In this document: in pieces, positions 29,370 to 38,630 of the stretch | Layout: the number at the start of each line of letters is the position of its first letter | Position numbering within the stretch: position 1 is the stretch's first letter | Virus record (IMG/VR): IMGVR_UViG_3300032233_003111 | Location: 1-47,583 of that record | DNA length: 47,583 bases | Direction: 5' to 3' (one strand) | Origin: a virus | Lineage: Duplodnaviria; Caudoviricetes | Program-made: the position numbers and the translations under genes | Notes under the pieces: generated by a model | Seen by the model: only the letters and a program-made list of their open reading frames with translations | Databases searched by the model: none | Told to the model about the DNA's origin: nothing

Positions 29370-29721
29370 CCATCCAGCAAAGGCGGGAGAGTGGTTCCGC
29401 TCTCCAGGTGGCGGCTTCGCCTACAAGGTTCTTGGCCCTGTCTGCAGACTCTATGACAGGGAGGATCTTCCATGGCCCAGTTGCTCGCTTGCGTGGCGCG
29501 GTAAGCAGCCTTCGTGGAATCGGGTTGGCATTCGACTTGTGCCAGATATGGCAGCGAGCCGGTGCCCAAGTTATGCTGTAGAATGTCTTGACCAATGGGG
29601 TTGTCGATGGATTCAAGTGATAACGCTGTACCCTCACAGGCTGTCAAGGCAGGAAAAGTACTGGTGGGTAACGAAAAAGCCAATGGACAAGCCGTACCCA
29701 GAAACTCCTGGCGACCAGTAA
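29320..29721 (+). CDS. Phage hypothetical protein whose original start was separated by the IS
   Basis: Removing 28050-29369 gives TTG ATC CAT CCA GCA (MIHPAKAGEWF...). An in-frame ATG at 29320 lies inside the IS. Confidence 0.65.
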   Translation: MRSVEGISAVHGGEEVNHPAKAGEWFRSPGGGFAYKVLGPVCRLYDREDLPWPSCSLAWRGKQPSWNRVGIRLVPDMAASRCPSYAVECLDQWGCRWIQVITLYPHRLSRQEKYWWVTKKPMDKPYPETPGDQ

Positions 29722-29903
29722 CCGGGCTTGACTGGAGGGATATTTTCGCAAAACGTCCAGACCTGATACCACCTGGCTACGAAGAAGCTGCAGAAGCGAG
29801 CAGGGAGAAGCTGAGACAGCGTAGACTGGCTGAACTGCAGGCTTTACAGGATAAAAAAGCCAGCAAATCACCACCGAAGTCAAAATCCAGGAGAAAACGT
29901 TGA
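29595..29903 (+). CDS. Hypothetical basic protein (true start probably downstream)
   Basis: DWRDIFAKRPDLIPPGYEEA plus a basic tail. Confidence 0.5.
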   Translation: MGLSMDSSDNAVPSQAVKAGKVLVGNEKANGQAVPRNSWRPVTGLDWRDIFAKRPDLIPPGYEEAAEASREKLRQRRLAELQALQDKKASKSPPKSKSRRKR

Positions 29904-30175
29904 TGGCGATATTTTGCACTATTGTGAATCTTTCCGCCAGTCTTGGCGAAGAATTTATTGGATCTTTGCAAACGGTTGATCTTGACGGATGTCTTGCTTT
30001 TTATTGGCTGGCAAAAGATGATACTCTTTACAGGATTGTTTTGCCAACGATGCTTGGAGAGCATGGGCGTGTCATCACATGGCGCGTTACTGGCCCAATA
30101 GAGGTGATCAACAGAAAATTCGAAAGGAAAATTATTTGCTTTTCCAAGGGCAGGCTCATCTCTCCGTGTTGTTGA
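29900..30175 (+). CDS. Hypothetical protein
   Basis: Overlaps the upstream stop. Confidence 0.45.
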   Translation: MMAIFCTIVNLSASLGEEFIGSLQTVDLDGCLAFYWLAKDDTLYRIVLPTMLGEHGRVITWRVTGPIEVINRKFERKIICFSKGRLISPCC

Positions 30176-30200
30176 CAGAACTTGTTTGATGGTGTAGGAT
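30172..30200 (+). promoter_or_regulatory. Sigma70-type promoter
   Basis: TTGACA-17nt-TAGGAT. Confidence 0.6.
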
Positions 30201-30225
30201 ACTTCTGTTGTTTGAGGGAAACCCC

Positions 30226-30729
30226 ATGACCGTTCTGCAAGTAAAGTCCATCGCTAAAGGTCGCTCGAATCGACCGCTTACCACATTCGCGTGCAAATGC
30301 CTTGAGGAATTCATGCTTTCAAGGCAAGTCGATAGCTACCAATCGGAGCAAAAGAACACCACCGTAAGGGTTCTTAATGATGGCAGTCTTAGTACCATTA
30401 CGATTTGCCTGTTTGAAGAAGAAATCTTCAGGCTTGCAAAGCTCAAAGATTCTGCCGTTTCTATCAAGATTTCCTTTACATCCTTCTTTGATTCCTACGG
30501 ACAACCAACGTCAACAACAGCAGAGCGTCTTAATGGCCTGCTTGATCGCCTTGGTTCTCTTGGTGTAATTCCTGAAGGTGTTCGCCTCTTCCGCGACCAA
30601 GAGTATTATACTACTTATATTGGAAAAGGTGACAACAAGGTTGCTATTGGCAAAGATCTTGTTACGTCTGTCTACATTAAGCCAAATAGTACAGAGCTCA
30701 TCTTTTCTGGTTTCTCTTCGGTTCTTTGA
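30226..30729 (+). CDS. Hypothetical protein
   Basis: ATG preceded by GAGGG, downstream of the promoter. Confidence 0.65.
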   Translation: MTVLQVKSIAKGRSNRPLTTFACKCLEEFMLSRQVDSYQSEQKNTTVRVLNDGSLSTITICLFEEEIFRLAKLKDSAVSIKISFTSFFDSYGQPTSTTAERLNGLLDRLGSLGVIPEGVRLFRDQEYYTTYIGKGDNKVAIGKDLVTSVYIKPNSTELIFSGFSSVL

Positions 30730-30732
30730 TCA

Positions 30733-31263
30733 ATGACATCACGTAGAAAACCTGACTGGATATGCCACGCATGTGGCACTAGGTTCTGCATCAACCCACC
30801 GAGTCCCGGAACAACCTATTCATTGGGAAAATGTGAATGCTGCAGAGCTGACGATGTGCCTTGTACCGAGCCGCGAGACTATGGCGGCTTCAAGCAGTGG
30901 CCGCTTGCTGAGGACATCGATCCATGGCCTTCTCCAAAAACTCTTGACGACCTGATTGAGCCAGTGCTCAATCATTTTGAGTTTGAGAAAGTTCATCGAG
31001 CAATGAAAGTTCTTGACTGGAAATGGATTGGACTGGGAGGTGAAGATTTTGATGTGCCAAGTATCGATCGAATGAGAGAAACAGCACGGAATCTTCTTGT
31101 TAGTGTCGTCAAAAGCCGTTCCCAGTATCGTATAGCCGCAACAGGTGGCTTTTATGCTGAAAAAATAGAAGATATTGACCCAGCGGATAACGGTCTTATC
31201 CTTCGGTTCGTTCTTTCTGAGTCTGAGTCTTATTTTGCGGACTTTCATGACAATCCGTTCTAG
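30733..31263 (+). CDS. Hypothetical protein with N-terminal zinc-binding motif
   Basis: CHAC...CECC...TEPRDYG, then FEFEKVHRAMKVLDWKW...ATGGF. May be a two-domain fusion. Confidence 0.65.
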   Translation: MTSRRKPDWICHACGTRFCINPPSPGTTYSLGKCECCRADDVPCTEPRDYGGFKQWPLAEDIDPWPSPKTLDDLIEPVLNHFEFEKVHRAMKVLDWKWIGLGGEDFDVPSIDRMRETARNLLVSVVKSRSQYRIAATGGFYAEKIEDIDPADNGLILRFVLSESESYFADFHDNPF

Positions 31264-31426
31264 TGTTAATTACTATCGAGTGTCGTTCTCGGATGGTACG
31301 ATCGAAAAAGTCCCAGGCAACTATGCTGCTCATGCCTGGGCAGTAGCTCGTCAATTATGGCCAAGCAAGGACATTTCTGGTCTGCAACTGGTCGAAAAGC
31401 CTTCTGAGACCGCCCCGGTACCCTAA
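31247..31426 (+). CDS. Hypothetical protein
   Basis: Short ORF overlapping the upstream stop. Confidence 0.45.
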   Translation: MTIRSSVNYYRVSFSDGTIEKVPGNYAAHAWAVARQLWPSKDISGLQLVEKPSETAPVP

Positions 31427-31526
31427 GTCTGTGCTAACATGCACACATTGATCCCATTCATGGGATCACCAGATTTACCTGGCGGGTGGCACTACCGATG
31501 CAGTGTCGTTGAGTTCTATTAATTTA

Positions 31527-31991
31527 ATGCTTTTTACTAAACAACTTCTTGCCATTACAGCATCCGCCTGTTTAGCTTCTCCCGTTCTTGCTACTCCATC
31601 TTCTGACATCAGAATGCCTGGAGTGGTTTTCGGTGACAAGCCTGGCATGGCAAGCTGGAATCCCTCTAGCCTTAATCAAGTTCGTTCCACTGGTGCCGAA
31701 CTTGCATCAACAGCTAGTTGGTATGGCGTTCCCGATGGCTTCCATGGTCGTCGGACCGCCAATGGCGAGATCTTTGATGCCTATGGCTTGACTGCCGCGC
31801 ACCGCTATCTTCCTTTTGGGACGATGGTTCGTGTTACCAATCTGAATAACAACCGTAGCGTCGTGGTTCGCGTCACCGATCGCGGTCCTGCCGTACCTGG
31901 TCGCATTATCGATCTTTCTCAGGGAGCTGCGGCAAAGATCGGAATGATTTCTTCTGGTACTGCTCCGGTAAGTCTTCAGGTTTTGCGCTGA
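31527..31991 (+). CDS. rlpA: RlpA-like lytic transglycosylase (DPBB domain) with signal peptide
   Basis: [41 protein letters not shown]. Confidence 0.92.
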   Translation: MLFTKQLLAITASACLASPVLATPSSDIRMPGVVFGDKPGMASWNPSSLNQVRSTGAELASTASWYGVPDGFHGRRTANGEIFDAYGLTAAHRYLPFGTMVRVTNLNNNRSVVVRVTDRGPAVPGRIIDLSQGAAAKIGMISSGTAPVSLQVLR

Positions 31992-32042
31992 CCGTAAACC
32001 CTGGTTGTAACTGATCGCGGCCCAATAGTTAAAATACTGCCT

Positions 32043-32070
32043 GGCCCTCGGTACACTATGAGGGCCTTTT
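32043..32070 (+). terminator. Intrinsic terminator with TACACT in the loop
   Basis: GGCCCTC...GAGGGCC-TTTT. Confidence 0.6.
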
Positions 32071-32079
32071 ATTAGATTT

Positions 32080-32913
32080 ATGCCAGCTCGCTTAAAAGAA
32101 GACGAGTACGATAGACGGCTTGAGATTATCGGGAAAGTGAAAAGGCTTGAGCCGTATATAAATAACAACACTAAAATACTCCACGAATGCTTAATTCATG
32201 GAGAAAGGCATTTATCAAATCCTGTTGACCTCTTAGCTGGTCATGGTATTGCATGTTGTGGTTCAGGTGAAGCAAATAAAGAGGCCAGAGCAATGTATGA
32301 TTCAAGACTCAAAAATGTAGGTTATATTGAAAGAATAGAAGAATATCAGACCAGAAGGAAAGCGATATTGCATAAATGCTTGATTCATGATAAAGAATTC
32401 CTGATGGAACCAAGAAGGGCCTTGGAAGGAAGACTTCCTCCTTGCTGTTCAAAACTTAGTCGCGGATCGATATATTTTATGCTTCTTACTCCAGAAAGAT
32501 GGAATAAGAGGCAGCCTTGTGATGTTTACGCATTCTCGTTGAAACGTTTTGAAGGATTTTTCAAGATAGGTATTTCGGTTAGGACTCTAGAGCGTGGCAA
32601 GGATGAAGAGTACGGTAACTTTATCTGTTCTTGGCGCAGAGACAATAGGTTTGAGGCGTTTCTTATTGAACAGGCTTCTCTAAAGGATCAGGCTTTGGAA
32701 CATATCTGTCCGGCAGAACTTGAAGAAAAAAAGTGGGCCGGATGGACAGAGGTTAGAAAGAGCAAATCCTGTAAAATTGTTGAAACAATTCAATACTATG
32801 TTGACAAAATGAATGAGATTGGTGTCTATCGTTTTATCTTGGAGTATCTTGAGCCAAATTTTGTTGAGGCCAGTTTATGCAGGAAGGCAATCGACAACAT
32901 GGCTTCATGTTAG
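32080..32913 (+). CDS. Putative free-standing homing endonuclease (two Cys/His repeats + GIY-YIG/T5orf172-like C-terminus)
   Basis: Repeated ILHxCLIH...CC units, then VYAF...FKIGIS...E...GWTE. Lies between two copies of the rlpA 3' end. Confidence 0.6.
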   Translation: MPARLKEDEYDRRLEIIGKVKRLEPYINNNTKILHECLIHGERHLSNPVDLLAGHGIACCGSGEANKEARAMYDSRLKNVGYIERIEEYQTRRKAILHKCLIHDKEFLMEPRRALEGRLPPCCSKLSRGSIYFMLLTPERWNKRQPCDVYAFSLKRFEGFFKIGISVRTLERGKDEEYGNFICSWRRDNRFEAFLIEQASLKDQALEHICPAELEEKKWAGWTEVRKSKSCKIVETIQYYVDKMNEIGVYRFILEYLEPNFVEASLCRKAIDNMASC

Positions 32914-33011
32914 TTGGTGGTCGTGCAATCGACATCTCTCAAGGTGCTGCGGCGCGGATTGGGATGATCTCTACGGGCACTGCGCCCGTCAGGCTCGAAG
33001 TAATCCGTTAA
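32913..33011 (+). pseudogene. rlpA: Orphaned second copy of the rlpA 3' end
   Basis: Translates VGGRAIDISQGAAARIGMISTGTAPVRLEVIR*, versus [32 protein letters not shown] at 31893-31991. Both are 99 nt. Confidence 0.9.
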
Positions 33012-33028
33012 TCACCAAGTAGGTATTG

Positions 33029-33061
33029 GCCGCTAGACTGTAACGGGTCTAGCGGCTTTTT
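33029..33061 (+). terminator. Intrinsic terminator
   Basis: GCCGCTAGAC...GTCTAGCGGC-TTTTT. Confidence 0.7.
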
Positions 33062-33062
33062 C

Positions 33063-33743
33063 ATGTCTATTGATTTCATCCTAACAGACGACCAGCTCAT
33101 CCTGGCTGAAAATGAAGCAATACGCAGACAGACATCTAATGAAATGCGCGGTATTAAAGGCAGGAACAGGGCTCCAGCCAAGGGGGATACAGCACTGCAG
33201 TTGCATAGGCTTGGCTGTATAGGTGAAGTTGTTATAGCTTCGTTTCTTGGTCTTGAAAAATATTTGTTTGAAGCCCAGGAAGCAATTGCTGGATCCGATG
33301 ATCTTCCAGGCCGTCTTGAAGTTAAAACTCGTAGCAAATATAATTATGATCTTTTGATTCAATTGAACGATGATCCAACAAAGCTTTATGTTCTTGTTGC
33401 GTATGAAAGAGATAAAAATAAAAACTTGGCAAAAATTATTGGCTGGGTTCGAGGAGGCGACGTAATGAAAAGCACTTTTGTAAGAGAATTTGTAAGGGGA
33501 AGACCATGTTATGCTATTCCTCATTCATTGCTTAAGTCTCCAGAGACTATTAAGGCCGAAATTGATGGTGGTATCAAGGGCCAACGTGTATTAGGTCATG
33601 ATGAGGCGTGGATTGCGAAGCAAGACGAAGATATTATGCTAAATTTAAGCGAAACGCTGCTTAATGAGTTAGGATGGAAACCTGGAGACACGTTGACATG
33701 GTATGTCGACGAGCAAAGCAATTCATGCTACCTTAAGAAGTAA
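33063..33743 (+). CDS. Hypothetical protein, PD-(D/E)XK-like N-domain + AbrB-like C-terminus
   Basis: GCIGE...DDL...LEVKT; C-terminal LLNELGWKPGDTLTW. Confidence 0.6.
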   Translation: MSIDFILTDDQLILAENEAIRRQTSNEMRGIKGRNRAPAKGDTALQLHRLGCIGEVVIASFLGLEKYLFEAQEAIAGSDDLPGRLEVKTRSKYNYDLLIQLNDDPTKLYVLVAYERDKNKNLAKIIGWVRGGDVMKSTFVREFVRGRPCYAIPHSLLKSPETIKAEIDGGIKGQRVLGHDEAWIAKQDEDIMLNLSETLLNELGWKPGDTLTWYVDEQSNSCYLKK

Positions 33744-33919
33744 TGACAGCTAACCGTCAATCTATTGAGCTAACAAAAGAAGAACGTCTTGAGCTCGATA
33801 CTTTATTTCGTCAAATTAAGTCAAATATGACGTCTTCAAGTGTTCTTGAACTTGAGCGTTTCACTGATTTATTTACCAGGACACTTTCTGGGAAGGGAAA
33901 TGATGCGCCCATTTCTTAG
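33743..33919 (+). CDS. Hypothetical protein (58 aa)
   Basis: Read manually. TAATG coupling; MTANRQSIELTKEERLEL... Confidence 0.55.
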   Translation: MTANRQSIELTKEERLELDTLFRQIKSNMTSSSVLELERFTDLFTRTLSGKGNDAPIS

Positions 33920-33950
33920 ATCGGCAATCTACGGATATTGCTGCTAGGAC

Positions 33951-34154
33951 GTGGCAAACGAACGTAGGACGTGGGATTCTCCGGTTCGAGAGCCATGGAA
34001 TCCCAAAATTCATGTTATGTTAAAATCTATTGATCTGCACGTAGATTTATATCTACAAACAGGCGAGTCATTTCACTTAGAGATGGCTAATGCTTTGCGT
34101 ATTTATGTACGACAACTTAAGGATTGGATCCATCAGCAAGAAGGTCGTCAATAA
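33951..34154 (+). CDS. Hypothetical protein
   Basis: GTG start after the late motif at 33923. Confidence 0.6.
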   Translation: MANERRTWDSPVREPWNPKIHVMLKSIDLHVDLYLQTGESFHLEMANALRIYVRQLKDWIHQQEGRQ

Positions 34155-34405
34155 AGACCACAGTAATTATCAACGAATCGCTTTGCGCTTCTAATTGTAT
34201 GATTTTTAGGACGAATGTCTTCATTCTGTCCTTCTCGAATCATTACATCATTCACGAAGCCGCCAGGCGAGAACTGCACCTCAAATCCCTTTGCGCGTGC
34301 TTCGCTTGCTAGTTGGATAACAGTTGCGCAATGTCGGAGTTGTTCTCTTACGACAAGAACAGGACGATTATCGTAGAGTTCTGCAAAAGGTTCGTATTGT
34401 GTCAC
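34148..34405 (-). CDS. Hypothetical protein
   Basis: Last gene of a coupled minus-strand operon. Confidence 0.55.
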   Translation of the reverse strand: MTQYEPFAELYDNRPVLVVREQLRHCATVIQLASEARAKGFEVQFSPGGFVNDVMIREGQNEDIRPKNHTIRSAKRFVDNYCGLY

Positions 34406-34551
34406 TTTTTCTTCCTTTTTGGACGCTTCTTTGCCCTAGAGGCTTCCGAAAGAGCAATGGCCAAAGCTTGTTGACGAGGCCTTCCTTCGTCTATTAGCTT
34501 TTTTATATTTTTTGAGACAGTCTTTTTACTGCTACCTTTCTTAAGTGGCAT
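34402..34551 (-). CDS. Small basic protein MPLKKGSSKKTVSKNIKKL...QALAIAL (49 aa)
   Basis: Read manually; resembles a common phage small-protein family. Confidence 0.75.
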   Translation of the reverse strand: MPLKKGSSKKTVSKNIKKLIDEGRPRQQALAIALSEASRAKKRPKRKKK

Positions 34552-34553
34552 GA

Positions 34554-34826
34554 TCATTTCTTCAAGGTTGCCCTATTGGTTCTAGGATTATATTTAAAAT
34601 CACTTGGTTTACGATTAAGTTTATCAGCGGCTCTTTGCTTTGCTCTGCCTGCAGCACCAAGTGCTTGTTTTTCTTTGCCTTTAGCAGTAAGGCCAGCACC
34701 ATTCTTTTTTAATGAACCAGTATTGCGTAGTCTTGCTACAGCAATAGCCTGGGCATCTTTCTTAGATTTGCCTTGTGCTTGGATTTGCGACGTAAGCCGC
34801 TCAACTATAGATCTTTTTACAGCCAT
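34554..34826 (-). CDS. Small basic protein (90 aa)
   Basis: Lys/Arg/Ala-rich; ends FKYNPRTNRATLKK. Confidence 0.7.
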   Translation of the reverse strand: MAVKRSIVERLTSQIQAQGKSKKDAQAIAVARLRNTGSLKKNGAGLTAKGKEKQALGAAGRAKQRAADKLNRKPSDFKYNPRTNRATLKK

Positions 34827-34991
34827 TTACTTACTCCTTTTGCGTTTTGGTTTTGCGGCAGCACGGAAATCTGCAGCGGATGGCGCACCTTTGCTGCCTG
34901 GTGTACGCATGCGTTCTTTAGAGCCAGCGGCGATCCGAGCACGCTTGTCTTGGATGTTTTTCCAAAGACCAGGGCGACCTGCTTTTGCCAT
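34827..34991 (-). CDS. Small basic protein MAKAGRPGLWKNIQDKRARI...PGSKGAP (54 aa)
   Basis: Read manually; tightly coupled to neighbours. Confidence 0.75.
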   Translation of the reverse strand: MAKAGRPGLWKNIQDKRARIAAGSKERMRTPGSKGAPSAADFRAAAKPKRKRSK

Positions 34992-35266
34992 CACCACTTA
35001 AATTCTGAGGACCAAAATGCCGCCGACATCTTGCCCTTGGCAATATTTTTGGCATGACGGGCCTTAAAAGATGCCCTACGTTGCTTATCTGCCTGGCTTT
35101 CTCCTTTATGAGGTGGTGAGCCAGTAACGCCTTGCTGGCCAAATCGAATTAGGCGAATGTTATCACCCTCTTTAGCCAAGACAGCATGAGATTTGGTTTT
35201 ATGGTCAGGTGTTCGCTTTGGCTTATTATAGCCAGCAAAACGCTCGCCACGGTATTCAATAGCCAT
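34991..35266 (-). CDS. Small basic protein (DUF6321-like)
   Basis: GYNKPKRTP, IRFGQQG, RRASFKARH, SAAFWS...KW. Late motif at 35297-35289. Confidence 0.7.
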   Translation of the reverse strand: MAIEYRGERFAGYNKPKRTPDHKTKSHAVLAKEGDNIRLIRFGQQGVTGSPPHKGESQADKQRRASFKARHAKNIAKGKMSAAFWSSEFKW

Positions 35267-35398
35267 TAGCACTGGCGGCAATCTGTTATAGGATTCCGTT
35301 AACTTATAACAGATTATTTAGAGAGCGCTATCTTAAATGGCAGATTGATACCTAAGAGCTCTAGAAGAGAACCGAAGAGGTGCTGGTATAATATGCAT

Positions 35399-35490
35399 AT
35401 CGGCCGGTCAGAACAGGTGTTCAGAGTCGCCTTATAAGCGATTTGCCCCAGATTAGGGCCTTTGGCAGGGATCGTTACCCTGGATCGGTA
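35399..35490 (+). tRNA. Atypical tRNA-like gene, anticodon UAU, long variable arm
   Basis: Anticodon arm GTCGC-CTTATAA-GCGAT. D arm GAAC-AGGT-GTTC. V arm GCCC...GGGC. T arm CAGGG-ATCGTTA-CCCTG. Imperfect acceptor. TGGTATAAT promoter just upstream. Confidence 0.6.
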
Positions 35491-35543
35491 TAGTGACGAT
35501 ATCTTCCAGTAAAGCACTCAAACTGAGTCGGTATGCTGAGAGT

Positions 35544-35617
35544 GCTCGCGTAGCCCAACGGCAGGAGGCAAGGGAATTAGAATCCCTACAGTGCGCGTTC
35601 GAATCGCGTCGCGAGCA
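35544..35617 (+). tRNA. trnL: tRNA-Leu(UAG) with short variable loop
   Basis: Acceptor GCTCGCG/CGCGAGC-A; AGGGA-ATTAGAA-TCCCT; GTTCGAATC. Confidence 0.85.
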
Positions 35618-35638
35618 TGCTATACTGTGCAGGTACCA

Positions 35639-37710
<2,072 letters not shown>

Positions 37711-37711
<1 letters not shown>

Positions 37712-37887
37712 TAAAACGTTAATTTTGCTATGGAAGAGTCAGCTTTGCTTTGCTCTTCTTCATCCATAGAGTTCCACAGATTATCAAGCTTTTGAAGTAA
37801 TACTTCTTCGATATCTGCGTAACTATGTTTCCTTAATTCAAGAATCTGGCGTGTAATAACAAGGTATTCAGTAACTGCTTCACTCAT
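37711..37887 (-). CDS. Hypothetical protein (58 aa)
   Basis: Read manually: MSEAVTEYLVITRQILELRK...LDNLWNSM. TAATG coupling. Confidence 0.55.
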
Positions 37888-37894
37888 GGCTAAT

Positions 37895-38140
37895 TAGGCA
37901 GAATGGTTGCCTGGGTGACCAACCCAGGACTTGCCTCAAGTCTATCATGATCGACTTGAAATAGCGAGTCCCATCCTCGCTGGGTTCATCCGTAAGGCCG
38001 ATGAACGTTTCCCTCCTATAAACCCAGTGAGTTGGGCCTCTGTAACCCGTGAGGCGGGGCTTTTGTTTTTTGCGTCCGGATTGCTACCAGACGTTCCGCG
38101 CTTGTTTGCTGGTCGCTGGGACAACGGCGGCGTTAACCCA
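37895..38140 (-). ncRNA. Candidate structured non-coding RNA or leader
   Basis: TGGTATAAT at 38154-38146(-), dense hairpins and pseudoknot-compatible segments, no convincing ORF. Confidence 0.4.
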
Positions 38141-38159
38141 CATACATTATACCAAGCAA

Positions 38160-38233
38160 TGGCGGGAGCTGGATTTGAACCAGCGGCCTTCAGGTTATGA
38201 ACCTGACGAGCTACCGAGCTGCTCTATCCCGCT
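38160..38233 (-). tRNA. trnM: tRNA-Met(CAU), initiator-like
   Basis: AGCGGGATAGAGCAGCTCGGTAGCTCG-TCAGG-TTCATAA-CCTGA...GGTTCAAATCC...TCCCGCCA, with a 1:72 mismatch. Confidence 0.9.
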
Positions 38234-38249
38234 AAGACCCCGATTTTAA

Positions 38250-38616
38250 CCATCATACGGGGTAAGGGTACCTTCTCCTTGAGGGGCCATGCCCGGTCCG
38301 GGACGGTTGGCCAACCGTGTTGATGGCATGAGTGTGCAAAGCAGTGACTCATGCTCCATCCATTTAACGCCACCGGGGAACAACTGCAGAGAGCTGGACT
38401 GGGCAGACCGGTGACGGCTTCGATTCGGACTTTGTTCCAGAGAACTGCGTCAACCTTCGAAGACTCCGAGCCCGATGCGTCGATTAGAAATTTCCAATCC
38501 ATACAGAGCGGGATGCGCCTCCAGTAGCCAGTCTTCCTTCCCGATGGAAAGGGCAGGCATCGAACCTGCAAGGGCCGGTCCCACTGGAACCGCCGGGAAT
38601 TCCACCCGGAGCGCAC
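38250..38616 (-). ncRNA. Candidate structured ncRNA with a circularly permuted tRNA-like 5' domain
   Basis: Own promoter (38634-38619). T arm GCAGG-TTCGATG-CCTGC followed by acceptor-like hairpin CCTTTCC-ATC-GGGAAGG. Many further hairpins; 3' boundary uncertain. Confidence 0.55.
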
Positions 38617-38630
38617 TAATATTATACCAG

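Noticed and set aside
37988-38010. Glutamine riboswitch (glnA/Downstream-peptide) or hammerhead suggested by CGTTCATC...GATGA
   Set aside because: The remaining consensus elements are not present.
38250-38616. Calling this a canonical tmRNA (ssrA)
   Set aside because: No recognisable resume context or tag peptide, no GAC D-loop motif, and only a 2-nt linker. Kept as an unknown tRNA-like RNA.
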